Origin: Macrostomum lignano
Taxonomy: Eukaryota
Direction of reading: 5' to 3'
Length of the DNA stretch: 64,000 nt
Assembly (NCBI GenBank): GCA_002269645.1
Contig: NIVC01000867.1
Location: 186,001 to 250,000 of the forward strand
Shown here: positions 25,180-54,843 of the stretch, piece after piece
Layout: each line of letters opens with the position of its first letter
How positions within the stretch are numbered: position 1 is the first letter of the stretch
The notes under the pieces: model-generated
The model's input: only the letters and a program-made list of their open reading frames with translations
Databases searched by the model: none
What the model was told of the DNA's origin: nothing
Position numbers and translations under genes: made by a program

Positions 25180-28100
25180 ATGTGTCAGCCACAGGTATTG
25201 CAATTATTTGCCATCGGTTTGTGCTGCGTCATGGTCTCCGAAGGTGTGTGATCAAGTTGATTTTTTGCTCCTAAATAGTTTATTAGCAAAATATATCCTG
25301 GTTTTACGTGGCAAAGAAGTACTTTGAACGGACGAGAACTACTCTGGCGAGCTTTTCGATACGGCTTGCTTTTTAATTTGTAGCAAGGCGAAATCTGAGA
25401 AGGCGATACTTTTAGACCAACTAACTTTCAAAGCTCAATTAACCTCCTCAAGGCATCTAATGACTAGAAATCATATAGGCCTCTTGAGTCCGATCTTGCA
25501 TCTCGCGGTTGCCTAAATTTATACCGATTGGCCAGGTGATACGCAGGACATGACTTTACCCACCCCCCTCCATAACTATTGCCATACAGGCGCTTGCAAC
25601 CGAACTCGCTATGTGCAGCACAACGGCGTCCTTGTTGTCAACTCGACCGTCAGTAGCCAAGTCCTGAATGCCACCGGAGTGACTTCAGTTGAAGCATGCG
25701 CCATGCTGTGCGGAATGAAATCCTGCTCTGCCGCCGTGTTCTGGAAGAGCAGCGATCTGTGCCAGCTGGTGACGGTGTCTCGGGAGACGGGATTTGCTGG
25801 AAACAACGAATGGAGACTACTGGGCTCGGAGACTGCCGATGTGGTGGTGATGAAGCTGGAAAACTTCGAAGAACTGATGAAGCCTCTTGAAGTGTTTACA
25901 AGTGAGAGTTCAGCCGCATGAATAATTGCATAGAGTATCGCACACTTGGTGCACTTCTTCCCTCTTCTTTAAGTCGACTCGAGCTGGCCAAAAGTCACTA
26001 CGATAGTTTTGGTTTTTCCAAATTTTCCTACGCTATCCCATATTCGTGAGTTTACTCGTACTATCGGCTGTTTTGGGGTTGGCCTGCGCTAGCGGGGGGG
26101 GGTTGGGCACGCTTTTATTTACAAGTGTCTTTATCGATTGAAATGTCGATTGAAATGAGACAAATATCAATATATAGACTAACTTTGGCCACTGAGCCCT
26201 CGTGTGGTTATTATTTTCTCGCAATTCTGGTCCTACATTGCTGACAGCGAAGCCTCATTCAAGTCAGCAGATCAGAATGGAAGAGCGAGATGAGAAGAGC
26301 AACAACCCGTGCACTTTTGGCGGAGCATCTTTGAAGACTTCGCTGAAGACAAGAATTGGGACGATGCAAAGCGTGCCTCCAAGGTGAAGCTCCTGCTGAG
26401 AGGGGAGGCCCAGGTCTGTGATTGGGACATGCCAGATGCCGTGAAAAAGAGTTATGAGAAAGTCAAGGCGATGCACTTCTTCTCCAGCAATACGGCGGCT
26501 CTGCCAGTCAGCACCGTGCCATGCAGGAGTTCCAAGGTCGACAACGCAAGAATGGCGAATCAATCAGGGACCTCTCGTTCGCTCTCAGGCTGCTGTACAT
26601 GAGAGCCCGCCCGCATGACCCATCAACGCTCCGCGATCGGGAGCTCAAGTTCAGAATTATCCAGCTATTAAGCGCAGGGATACGCGAAGCCCTGCTCAAG
26701 GAGAGCAACTCGGATACATGCACACTGGGAACGCTGGTCGAGAGAACCACCAGACTGGAGCAGGTGATGAGTAAGAACGCGACCGCAAGTTCGCCTATGA
26801 TCTTCGCGGTTGACGACCGGCTGGTCCGACTCGAGCAGCAACTGGAGACACTGACAGCCGCCGTGACAAGAGGTACCCCTCAAAGAGGCCTCAACCAGCG
26901 CACATTCGGTACGACAGCCGAGGCTTCCCGATTTTTATCGCCCTGAGTGAACAGTGAACCTTTTTTGAACTTTTCGCAATAGAGCTTTATTCCTCGTTCT
27001 TGGCGGGGGGGGAAGTAGTGTGAGTTTTGTGTGGCATGTTTTGGGGTTGGCCTGCGCGGGGGGGTTGGGCCCGCTTTTATTTATCTGTGTCAATATCGAT
27101 TGTAGTGTACGCGCGTACTTTGTGCGTGACAAATATGAAAAAATATATATCGACTAACTTTGGCCTATGAGCCCTCGTCTGGTTATTATTTTCTCGCAAT
27201 TCTGATCTTACATTCGTTTTATACTCAATCCATATGTGCATATTTGAGTCAGCGATAACTAATTCAAACATGCATGGATTTCAGACAATGGAACGGGTCG
27301 AATCGGCTCTGTCCAGCTGGTGACCATCGACATTGCCGGCTGCTACCGGATCGAACTCGCTGGTGCCAAGGGCGGCGACAACACGTATGTCAGTCCTGAC
27401 CAACTCGGCGGCAGGGGAGCTCTGGCTGCTGGCAACTTCAGTTTGTCAGTCGGAGTTCAGCTGTCGATTGTTGTCGGCCAGGCCGGAGGTCCGTCGCAGA
27501 GCAGCAGTTACTCTAGCGGCGGCGGCGGCGGAGGCAGCTTTGTGTACCGGACATCGGATAATGAGCTGCTGATGGCCGCTGGCGGTGGTGGCGGCGCGTC
27601 GTATGGGTATTCCGGTAAGCATGCGATGTTTATTGTATCGTAACTGAGAAGTTTAATAGTTGCTTTTGCCATATCGTCGTATGAATATGTAGTTATTCAA
27701 TAATGCACGTCTAAGTAGTTTCAAGCAACTGAAGTCAACACAAACAGTTTGAACTTGAAGGAGATGATAGACGTATGAAACATTCGCCGACACTTATTCA
27801 GACACTTCTACAGACACTTTAGTTTCTGTCGTACGAATCGTAGGAACAAGCATTAAATTTGTTTATTCCTAACAAACTACCAGTAAACTGCTTTATTTTA
27901 AGCTTCTTTGCTTTATTTTATTAAAATAAAATAAATTTTATTATTAAAAAATGAATTAGGAAGTGTCCTGGACAAATTTAACTTTCTTCTTCACGTGAAG
28001 AGAATCTATGCAGAATAACAAATTTCATGATTCATATTTAATAAAATAAAGCAAAAAAAGCTTAAAATAAAGCAGTTTACTGGTAGTTTGTTAGGAATAA

Positions 28101-29585
28101 ACAAATTTAATGCTTTTTCCTACGATTCGTACGACAGAAACTAAAGTGTCTGTAGAAGTGTCTGAATAAGTGTCGGCGAATGTTTAATACGTAGATGATA
28201 GTCGTATATCTTTTAGCTCGTCTTTAAATTTGAAAATTGCAAGTATTGAATGCACCAATGGGTTTTTAGAACTTAGGTGCGAAACTATGGCAAGAGCGAC
28301 TTAAGTATCTTCTTTCAAGTATCCTCAATAGTCCTTGAACCAGGAACAAAACTACACAAATTTAGCTTTTTGCAGTAAGTTTAGGAATTTTAGCCTTCAA
28401 ATAAAGAGTACATCAGAAGGAAGTCTATCGACACTTTTCTATGGTAAAATCGCACAAATGTTCGTGATTTATGGGCCAGAGTTGATTGAAGGTGTCTGCC
28501 AGCATAATGGCTCACTGATTTATGACCAGCTGGAGACTTTTTTCTGCTTTGAAAAACTTTATCCCAGACATTCTTCAATTGACGACGATCGCATGCTAAA
28601 ATTCTTCTTTTGAAAGCAAAAATTGGCATGTATACTAACTGCGAGCTTGAGTGAGCAGTAGGCACTTCTAAAAAATCGAAAAGCTAAAAGTTATTTTGTT
28701 GAAAAACTGAAATGCACTCAGCAACATGGTGTAAAGTTTCCAGCACGAAACCAGTTGTCAACTTTTCTCAGATCTCAGCCTTAGGTGACGCAAGGCTGGT
28801 GAGGAGGCAGTGGAGAGTTATTGGCTAGAGTTGGATTACAGCTGCCACTTGTTGACCTGTGGTTTCGTGAAAACTTTAACATGTTGCTGAATGTATCTGC
28901 TTAGCTATTGGAGATTTCAAAGCCTTACTTTCCACTCCAGTAGATTGGGTAAATGAGAAATCGCTGCAATTAATGAACTGACTGCATGCTGTAAATGAAT
29001 TTTAGGTCAACCCGGTGAGGCGGGCACGAGAGGCTCAAACTCGGTCGGGACTAATTCTGTAAGTCTTGGCCGTTCGACAGATAGTCGATCGGAATTAATT
29101 GTTTGCTGCAACTTAATACAGTTGACGTTTCCACAATGTCCGGCTTGCAGCCAGAGCGAACTGGCACCGGTGGCGCCAACGGACAGCCGGGCAGCAACGA
29201 CCAAAGCACTGCGGATACCAATAGTAACCCTGGAGGCTGCGGAGCCGGCTGGCTTGGCAAGCCTACCGCCGCCCGCACAAGCACCGAATACGGAGACAGA
29301 GGCGGCAGCCGCGCCGACGGCTGGGTCGGCGGCCGCGCCGGAGACACGAGTCCCGCCGACGGCGGCTTTGGCGGTGGCGGAGGCGGAGGTGCGGCCGCCA
29401 TAAAAGGAGCGGCAGGGGCCGGCGGAGGCTACAGCGGCGGCGGAGCCGGGGCTCGCAGCGACCACGCCGGAGGAGGAGGCGGCTCCTTCTGCGGCGGCAG
29501 CGGCTGCGTGGCCACAACGGGTGGCAACACGGGCAGCGAGCACGGCTTCGTGCTGCTGCAAATGATCGGCAGCGGCTGCGCTTAG
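25180..29585 (+). CDS. Secreted PAN/Apple-like + ALK/LTK-type glycine-rich domain protein, paralogue 2 (397 aa, 5 exons)
   Basis: Exons 25180-25243 (MCQPQVLQLFAIGLCCVMVSEG), 25590-25901 (EACAMLCGMKSC...LCQLV), 27285-27614 (GCYRIELAGAKGGDN...LSIVVGQAGG...GGGGGGSFVYR...LLMAAGGGGG), 29006-29058 and 29151-29585 (DGGFGGGGGG...GAGGGYSGG...GGGGGSFC...HGFVLL, TAG). Total of 1194 nt is in frame, and the first three intron positions and phases match paralogue 1. Confidence 0.85.
26047..27212 (+). mobile_element. Gag-only non-autonomous LTR retroelement, 1166 bp, in intron 2 of paralogue 2
   Basis: Direct repeats 26047-26237 and 27021-27212 (TG...CA); 4-bp TSD TTCG (26043-26046, 27213-27216); PBS-like TTGCTGACAGCG after the 5' LTR; G-rich PPT at about 27001-27018; frameshifted gag (FEDFAEDKNWDD...; QEFQGRQRKNGESIRDLSFALRLL). 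Confidence 0.85.
27771..28192. mobile_element. Palindromic MITE, 422 bp, Mutator-like
   Basis: About 155-bp near-perfect inverted arms (ACGTAT.AAACATTCGCCGACAC...); 9-bp TSD AGATGATAG at 27762-27770 and 28193-28201. Confidence 0.88.
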
Positions 29586-29949
29586 CCGCCGATTTTTAAG
29601 AATAGAACTACACAATTAGCGGAAACTGGTTCTATGAGTAGTATATGTTGCATAACATCAAAATAATAAACAAGTACATGGCCCCCTAAATTACATAATA
29701 TTGCATGCCGAAGTCATGTCAAATGCATATAGAAATGGGTCGAATACAAGAATTCGTAATTTCTGAGACTTAATTTCATCATCATATCTAGATTGACTTC
29801 GGCCGCGCATGTGTAAGGAAATATACAAGCGTACACTTTTCCTAAGCAAACATGGCAGACACTTTGATTATACCCTTTATGAACCTATTTTTTACCAAAT
29901 TTTATCCTTCCTCTCTCATCCCAAAAAAATATAATAATCGATTAAACCT

Positions 29950-30215
29950 GCCCTAATAACCGACAGCTCAGCCGTAGCTATTACGCGGCGCATCTAAAGG
30001 CTGCGTACGGCTGTTCAGTACAAGGACTGGGGGGTCGCCACACACCCTCAATTTACCCCCAGCTGATGCTGCTGGTGTTATATTTTACAGCTGGGTGAAC
30101 TGAAGCAATGCAGAATTAAGTGTCTTTCTCAAGGACACAAATTGTGTCAGTGGAATCGGGAATCGAACCCCTTTAACCTTCAAGTCGTGAGTCCGGACGC
30201 TAAAACAGCGACAGC
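29950..30215 (-). mobile_element. CORE-type (MIR-like) tRNA-derived SINE
   Basis: The plus strand TATTTTACAGCTGGGTGAACTGAAGCA...AAGTGTCTTTCTCAAGGACACA...GGGAATCGAACCC resembles the reverse strand of the MIR CORE domain plus the B-box (GGTTCGATTCC on the minus strand). Boundaries are approximate. Confidence 0.65.
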
Positions 30216-33200
30216 AGCTCCAGAAAATCTCAAGGACGACCAAAAGCGATGCGATTTAATTTTCGCAGTGTCGGAGAGTAGTGCTTACATGCAAGAAGTA
30301 TTTTTAAACCCTTGGAAAGTCAGCTAAGGGAGCACACATTTAATTAGTTACATTTTCTTTGCTTCTATGGGTAAAATCGTGAGTTCAGAGAATTCGAGTG
30401 TACATGTACATGATTTGCAGAGAGTACCAGTTCAAAAAGCAGTACGTAAAAATTTGATATGTTGCATGTTTACATACTGTAGGCTTTGCAGATCGGCTGA
30501 ACGAGCTGAAACTTAAAGGCTACAGTTCTATTTCCGCACCATTTCTCTGAAGTACGTTTAGGGAGGGGTACATAGCTTCCATTATATACTGTACATGTAC
30601 ATGTACTGTATATCATGTAGTTTGCATGGTGACATTTGATTTTCTTAGCAATAAAAGTAGGGGGTATGGTCAACATAGTAAAGTAGGGGCCACTTTCACA
30701 CTGGCTCCCCGTTCTTACGCATATGCCTGCACAATGGGTGATATTTTGTCCTAAGTAGACGGATCCATGATGATAAGGTTTCATTTTTAAGTCGAAGGGT
30801 CGTTCTCAAAGTTTAGTCGTAAGCAGTGAAACAAATATTTTTGAAAATCAGCCTGAAATATTGAATCTTTTCTTATTTTAGCTCTAAAAGGACTTAAAAA
30901 ATATATGCCTCTCATGGGTCTTAATCTTTTTTAACATTGAACTTTTGATGTTAATCTCATCAGAGTGCGCTATTTCATTTTTCGATATATATTTTTATTA
31001 TCGCACGAGCTATAATACCCACTTTAGAGAAGCTACATTCTGTTCACGTGGTCTTATTAAAGAAGAAAATTGATAAATTTTATTTATAACTTTGGTTAAC
31101 ACAACCTAGAACCCATTTAACTCTTTCGATTGCAAAGCAGATGTTGCTATTTCGATTTTTGCTAGAAACGTAACATTATGAATGATTAAAAAATGCACTT
31201 TTAATTAATTTGTTCTGTTGATAGAATAAGCTAATAGCTGCGTTTTCTGCTGTTTTTTTAAGAAAGATAGTCATATCTAACACTAAAGTATCAATTAAGG
31301 CAGTTTCATTCTATATTAAAAAAGAAAAGTTAAATAAATTCAATTTTAAGTTTTTTTCAATAGCACAAAATTAACCTAACAAAGAGAGATTTCGCTGACT
31401 ACAACAAAGCAAGTAGCACCAAAGTTATTTTAATTTAAAGTCCTCATCTGTGGGATGAGAAAAAGTACCACTTTTTTGTCTCTAGTTATGAAAAAAAAAT
31501 TTCTCAGCATATTGTTAGGTTTTTTGGATGTTTTTTATGTACGCTCGTATTTAGATGAATTTTTGCTATTAATCACCCAATATGTTAGTCAGAACAAACA
31601 GAATTTCATTTATGTAGATAAAATTGACTATTTTTCTCTTAAAAACAGTCGTTTTTTGTTGTTTTCACACAATTTTTTTAACTGATTTAAAATTTGTATT
31701 GTAAGTTACAAGTAAACATAATGAGTCAAAACAAGAGGTAGTAGAAACTGAAAAGAAAATAAGAGTAACGAATAATAAAAAAGTTGCATGATTTGATTAG
31801 TCAAGAAATAGTATAAAAACAATTTTGCATCTGATTTATTATCTATGAAATTAGCTGTCTGAAGCACAAAAAATTAATTTCTTTGAAACATTAAATTCAT
31901 TCTCATATGTTCTGCAATTCATTAAAGATATATATGTAGCAACTTAAACATTCAGTTGATACTTTCCACCTTTGGATGCATATAGCTACTAACAAGAAAA
32001 AAGACAAAAGAAAAAACTTAATTGCCATTGATGCTGGCAATGTAATATTAAATATGGTACAGAAAGATGGAATCTCTACAGAGTGCTGCCACACGAATTT
32101 GTGAAGTGTTTAACAGATTAGTCATGGCAGTACCATAACAGACATACTATATTTTATATTACTCTTCGATTGACAATTACGCTTTAGATATGTTTTAGAT
32201 GATGATTTTCCATTGGGACTGACTCTATATACCGAGGCCAGACACAGTTAAGTGCGGCTGACAGCACTGAAGCGGCGGTTAACAGAGAATGCGATGAGCT
32301 GTGGCCTGTGGAGACAGCCAGCTGATGTACGAGCATCAGTAAAAGGGAAAGACATCCAATAGTGTCTTGCTATTGGTTTGTTACATGTACAGCGAACATC
32401 TACTTTTATTCTAATGTGATCGATTTAATTCTACTGACCCAATTGGCTAAAGCACTGTAAACTGCACACCTCTCGGACGGATATGTAATGCCATTTGCTG
32501 CACTTTTACCTGTTTCTCTGCCAGAACACCAGCATCATTGTATGTGCCACAATGCTAAGATGTGCAGTGGTCCTTTGGATGTGGTTAGTTCTGCAGGCAT
32601 CGACGTAATTTATCAAATGAGACGAATTGTATACCGAGCATGACAGCTAGTGCAGGGCCAGAATCGATTACAGAGGTTCGCCAGAGCAATTGCAGTGATC
32701 CATGTGGCTGCCGAGTCAGACGTCTGTAATAGGCTAATTAACTTACCAAGACCAAAGTATTTAATTTAAATTTATAAGCTGTTCTTTTAGTAGTTATGCA
32801 GCATAAGAAAATAGTATAGTAAAATAGTAAAATAGTATTAAAGCTATGTTGCAGAATATAAATGCTTGCTGAATTATTTTTAAAAAAAACGCAAGTCTGT
32901 TCGAAAAAAGATACATGCATTTTAGGTTTTAAAAGAAATGGCTTCCTAGCTCGTTTACTATATATATTCTAATTCAAAAAAACTTTTAATGCTTTAAAAG
33001 ACATATTTTGCAAGCCTAATTTTTAGCTAAACCAGTTTTGTATATTTTAAGCATCATATTTCGGTGTTTAAGTACAATATTAAATTCTTGAGTGGTACAA
33101 TATCAATTATTTCGGGTGTTTCTTGTTACGCGATAATTTTAAATACAAGCAATTTATACGAAAAAAACAAAATGTTGATTTAAAAATAACATTTTCTATT

Positions 33201-33800
33201 GAAATAATACTTATTAAATAGTAAACATAGAATAAAAGATGTATCTAATTTATAAAAAAATAAAAGAAAACTTGCATTATTTCACAATTTTTGGTCGTTT
33301 TATTTTCCGTTGCGAAAAATAACAAATTGCTAGATTTCGTCTTAAATATTTGGTTTCTTGTGGTTTTAACGGCAGTTTTTTAATTAAATTGACGAAAGAA
33401 TCGTTTTTGCAAAATAATTACTTTATTCAAAAACTTTTTTTCTGTACCAAAACATCATGACCTTAATTTGAGAACTACCCCGAACTTGAATTACTATATA
33501 GTTTTAAATTTCTAGTGCGATCAGAAAAATTTACGTTAAAAAATAACTTTGTCTTTTATTTACGCAATTTTTCAAATAATAAGAGACAGTACGTTGAATT
33601 AAAAGCTACCTTTTGTTATAATATACTATCTTTGAATGAAAAATTCTTATTGACACTTGATACAACGCCAAAAATTTAAATTGTACATATTTTCACATTT
33701 TTGTCACCGCGAGCATTACAAGAGTTACAACCTACAAATAGCGATTCGCATATCCCGACAAATTATATTTTAAATCATCGTCTTATGTGTCCTGTATGAC

Positions 33801-52320
<18,520 letters not shown>

Positions 52321-53577
52321 TCTCTGGCTCAGTTAGAGTTGATTCTCTGTTTTATAATTTTTGTTCTTTATTTGTTTGTAAATGTTTCTTCTATATGCAA
52401 GATTGATCGAAGAATGCACAGCCTTCATTTAAATTTTAGTCGGCCAACAATAATAACAAATTATTTATTAGTTAAAAATATTAATAGCTTTTATTTGTTT
52501 AAACAGCGCAGAATGTACAGGAAAGAAAGATAATAAAAAGCTAAGATTGTTGACAAGAGATATAATTAAAGTTAAGTAATCAACTATTTGTTTCTTTCTC
52601 GTGTAAAACTACGAGTATTTATAATTTTAATATATAATTTTTTATTGTTTAAAATCATTTATTTCGCACGTAGCTGTGCTGCTTTTTATAATTTAAAAAA
52701 TTACTCTAATATATTTTTGTCTAGTTTTTGGAAAAAAAATTAACCGTAAATTGAAAATTGACGAAAAGTATCAAGGTTATTTTAATTATAATAATTTATG
52801 TTTAAATATATTCTAAAAAATATAAATTTGATTAATTCGATTAACATAAAGTAGTAAACGTTTTAACAAATCTAGTTTTTGGCAATGGATTCAAAGGAAA
52901 AGTTTTAAATAAAAGAAATAAAATGTGCATCTAGTTAAGTCTGAAAAAACAATTTTATTTGAATTTCTCCAGGTTCTGTTTGAAGACGTTCTTTTTTTCG
53001 ATTTTGTTCTTTTTTGGCACTTTTTTCCGTCCTTAACTATTATTTCTTCTATTCTGAGGGCATTAAAAAACGTAAATTATTTTGATAAGTTATTTTTCAA
53101 CAGTCACTTTTTGCACACTTATCTACTACTTGGAAGCTGTTGTCAGTAGTGCGTCTATTGCTGGCGATACTTCATGAGCGCTTTAAGTTACTTCATGATT
53201 CTTCTGTACTTTTAAACACTGCTTGTTTTGAATAATAATATATTAAACCTATAAAAACATTGTTTAAAAAATTTCTTGAACTAGTAAATGAACGTTAATA
53301 TGATTGCCTGTGAAACTTTGTTAATCTGAATAAAGTTTGAATTTTTTGCACGTTCTGCTTTCTCGCGGCTGTGACTTCTGAGTTCTTTGAGTAAAGGGCT
53401 GTTTTACTTAGATTTTAGCAGCAGTAAATTTATGATATCGCTTGTGGTTTCTAAAAGCAGACTATGTGAAACTGTTTTTGTTTTAATGTGCTTATTAAAA
53501 GTTAAAAGAAGTTTCAAACGTCTTTTTTAATTCCGTTTTTGAATAATATTACTCGTAGTATATCTTACTAAAAGTCG

Positions 53578-53835
53578 CTTCCAGATCCTCAGATGCTGGG
53601 CCAGCCTCCCAGATCCTCAGTTGCTGGGTCAGCCTCCCATATTCTCAGTTGCTGGCCCACCCTGCAGCCTCCCAGATCCTCAGTTGCTGGGCCACCCTTC
53701 CAGATCCTCCGTTGCTAGGCTAGCCTCCCAGATCCTCAGATGCTAAGCCACCAGCCGCCCAGATCCTCAGTTGCTGGGTCAGCCTCCCAGATCCTCAGCT
53801 GCTGGGCCAGCCTTCCAGATCCTTAGTTGCTGGGC
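53578..53835 (+). repeat. About 28 bp tandem repeat CAGATCCTCAGTTGCTGGGCCAGCCTCC
   Basis: About 9 degenerate copies. Confidence 0.9.
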
Positions 53836-54354
53836 AAATGTATAATACATGTATCACCATTTAAGTTAGGCGATTTCAAAGTATCGATTTTAATATCAGA
53901 CTACACGTATATTTACCCAATCATTTTAAAGAGCTGAAAGAACTTTCTAGACTTTAATTAAGGAAATTCACTACTGCACTTAAACAAAAGGTGAACAGCT
54001 CCAACAAGCACTCTTTGGCTGCCTAAATTGGTTAGGATGTACGTGGCATGCCAAAGAATGTGCATTGTATGTACAGTGTACACTGTTATTGGTCAGCATT
54101 TTGAAGCTAGAACCAATCGGAATCTAAGGAGCTGAAATCAATGAGACAAGGGTAAAAAGTGAAAGGGTAAAAACGTCAGATAGTCATGATATGTCATCGT
54201 GCACTTCTATAGCAAGCCTCATGGCTCCAGGAGCGTGATTGACAAACTGGCTTGATAGTTCCGGCAATAAAACAGCAGTCATATTACCACCGTAAGTTGT
54301 ATAAGATTATATTTAACAACTTCTATCTCTGACTTTTCCCATATACTAATTCTC

Positions 54355-54480
54355 TAAGATCATTTTTTATATACTGAAAATGAGTTGTCTGTGAGCATTT
54401 GCTATTGATTTTTAGCTAAAACGGCTCAACCGATTTTCTTCAAACTTGCACCATTCGATTGGAAATTTTCCCGTGACGTC
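54355..54480 (+). mobile_element. Helitron-like 5' fragment (TATATAC...AAAACGGCTCAACCGATTTT)
   Basis: Near-identical to 9855-9910 (GGCTCAACCGATTTTCTTCAAACTTGCACCATTCGAT) in the Helitron-like array. Confidence 0.4.
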
Positions 54481-54843
54481 TCAATACTGCAAAGATTTGC
54501 GCTTTTATGCTTTAATAGTTAACCAATTGCCTATTTAACAACTATAGACTCACCAGAATTACATGGATGTAGTAAAACTTACATATTACTCCCTATTTAT
54601 CTAAATGTACCTGAATTATGCCTAAGCTCGTATATATCTACGAGTATCTATATCTATCACTTATCAACAATATTTTATACATCTACTTACCTACCTATCC
54701 ATCTACCTACCTATCCATCTACCTATACCTATCCATCTACCTACCCATCCATATACCTACCTATACATCTACCTACCTATCCATCTACCTACCCATCCAT
54801 AAACCTACCTACCTACTACCTATGGTTCCTATTTCGCAGGAAA

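Noticed and set aside
32200-32760. GC-richer segment with a minus-strand donor/acceptor pair upstream of IFT140
   Set aside because: The frames I translated were interrupted by stops and showed no recognisable homology; it could be non-coding or a decayed TE.
33600-33800. RFX X-box upstream of IFT140
   Set aside because: I found no convincing GTYNCYATRGNAAC-type match by eye.
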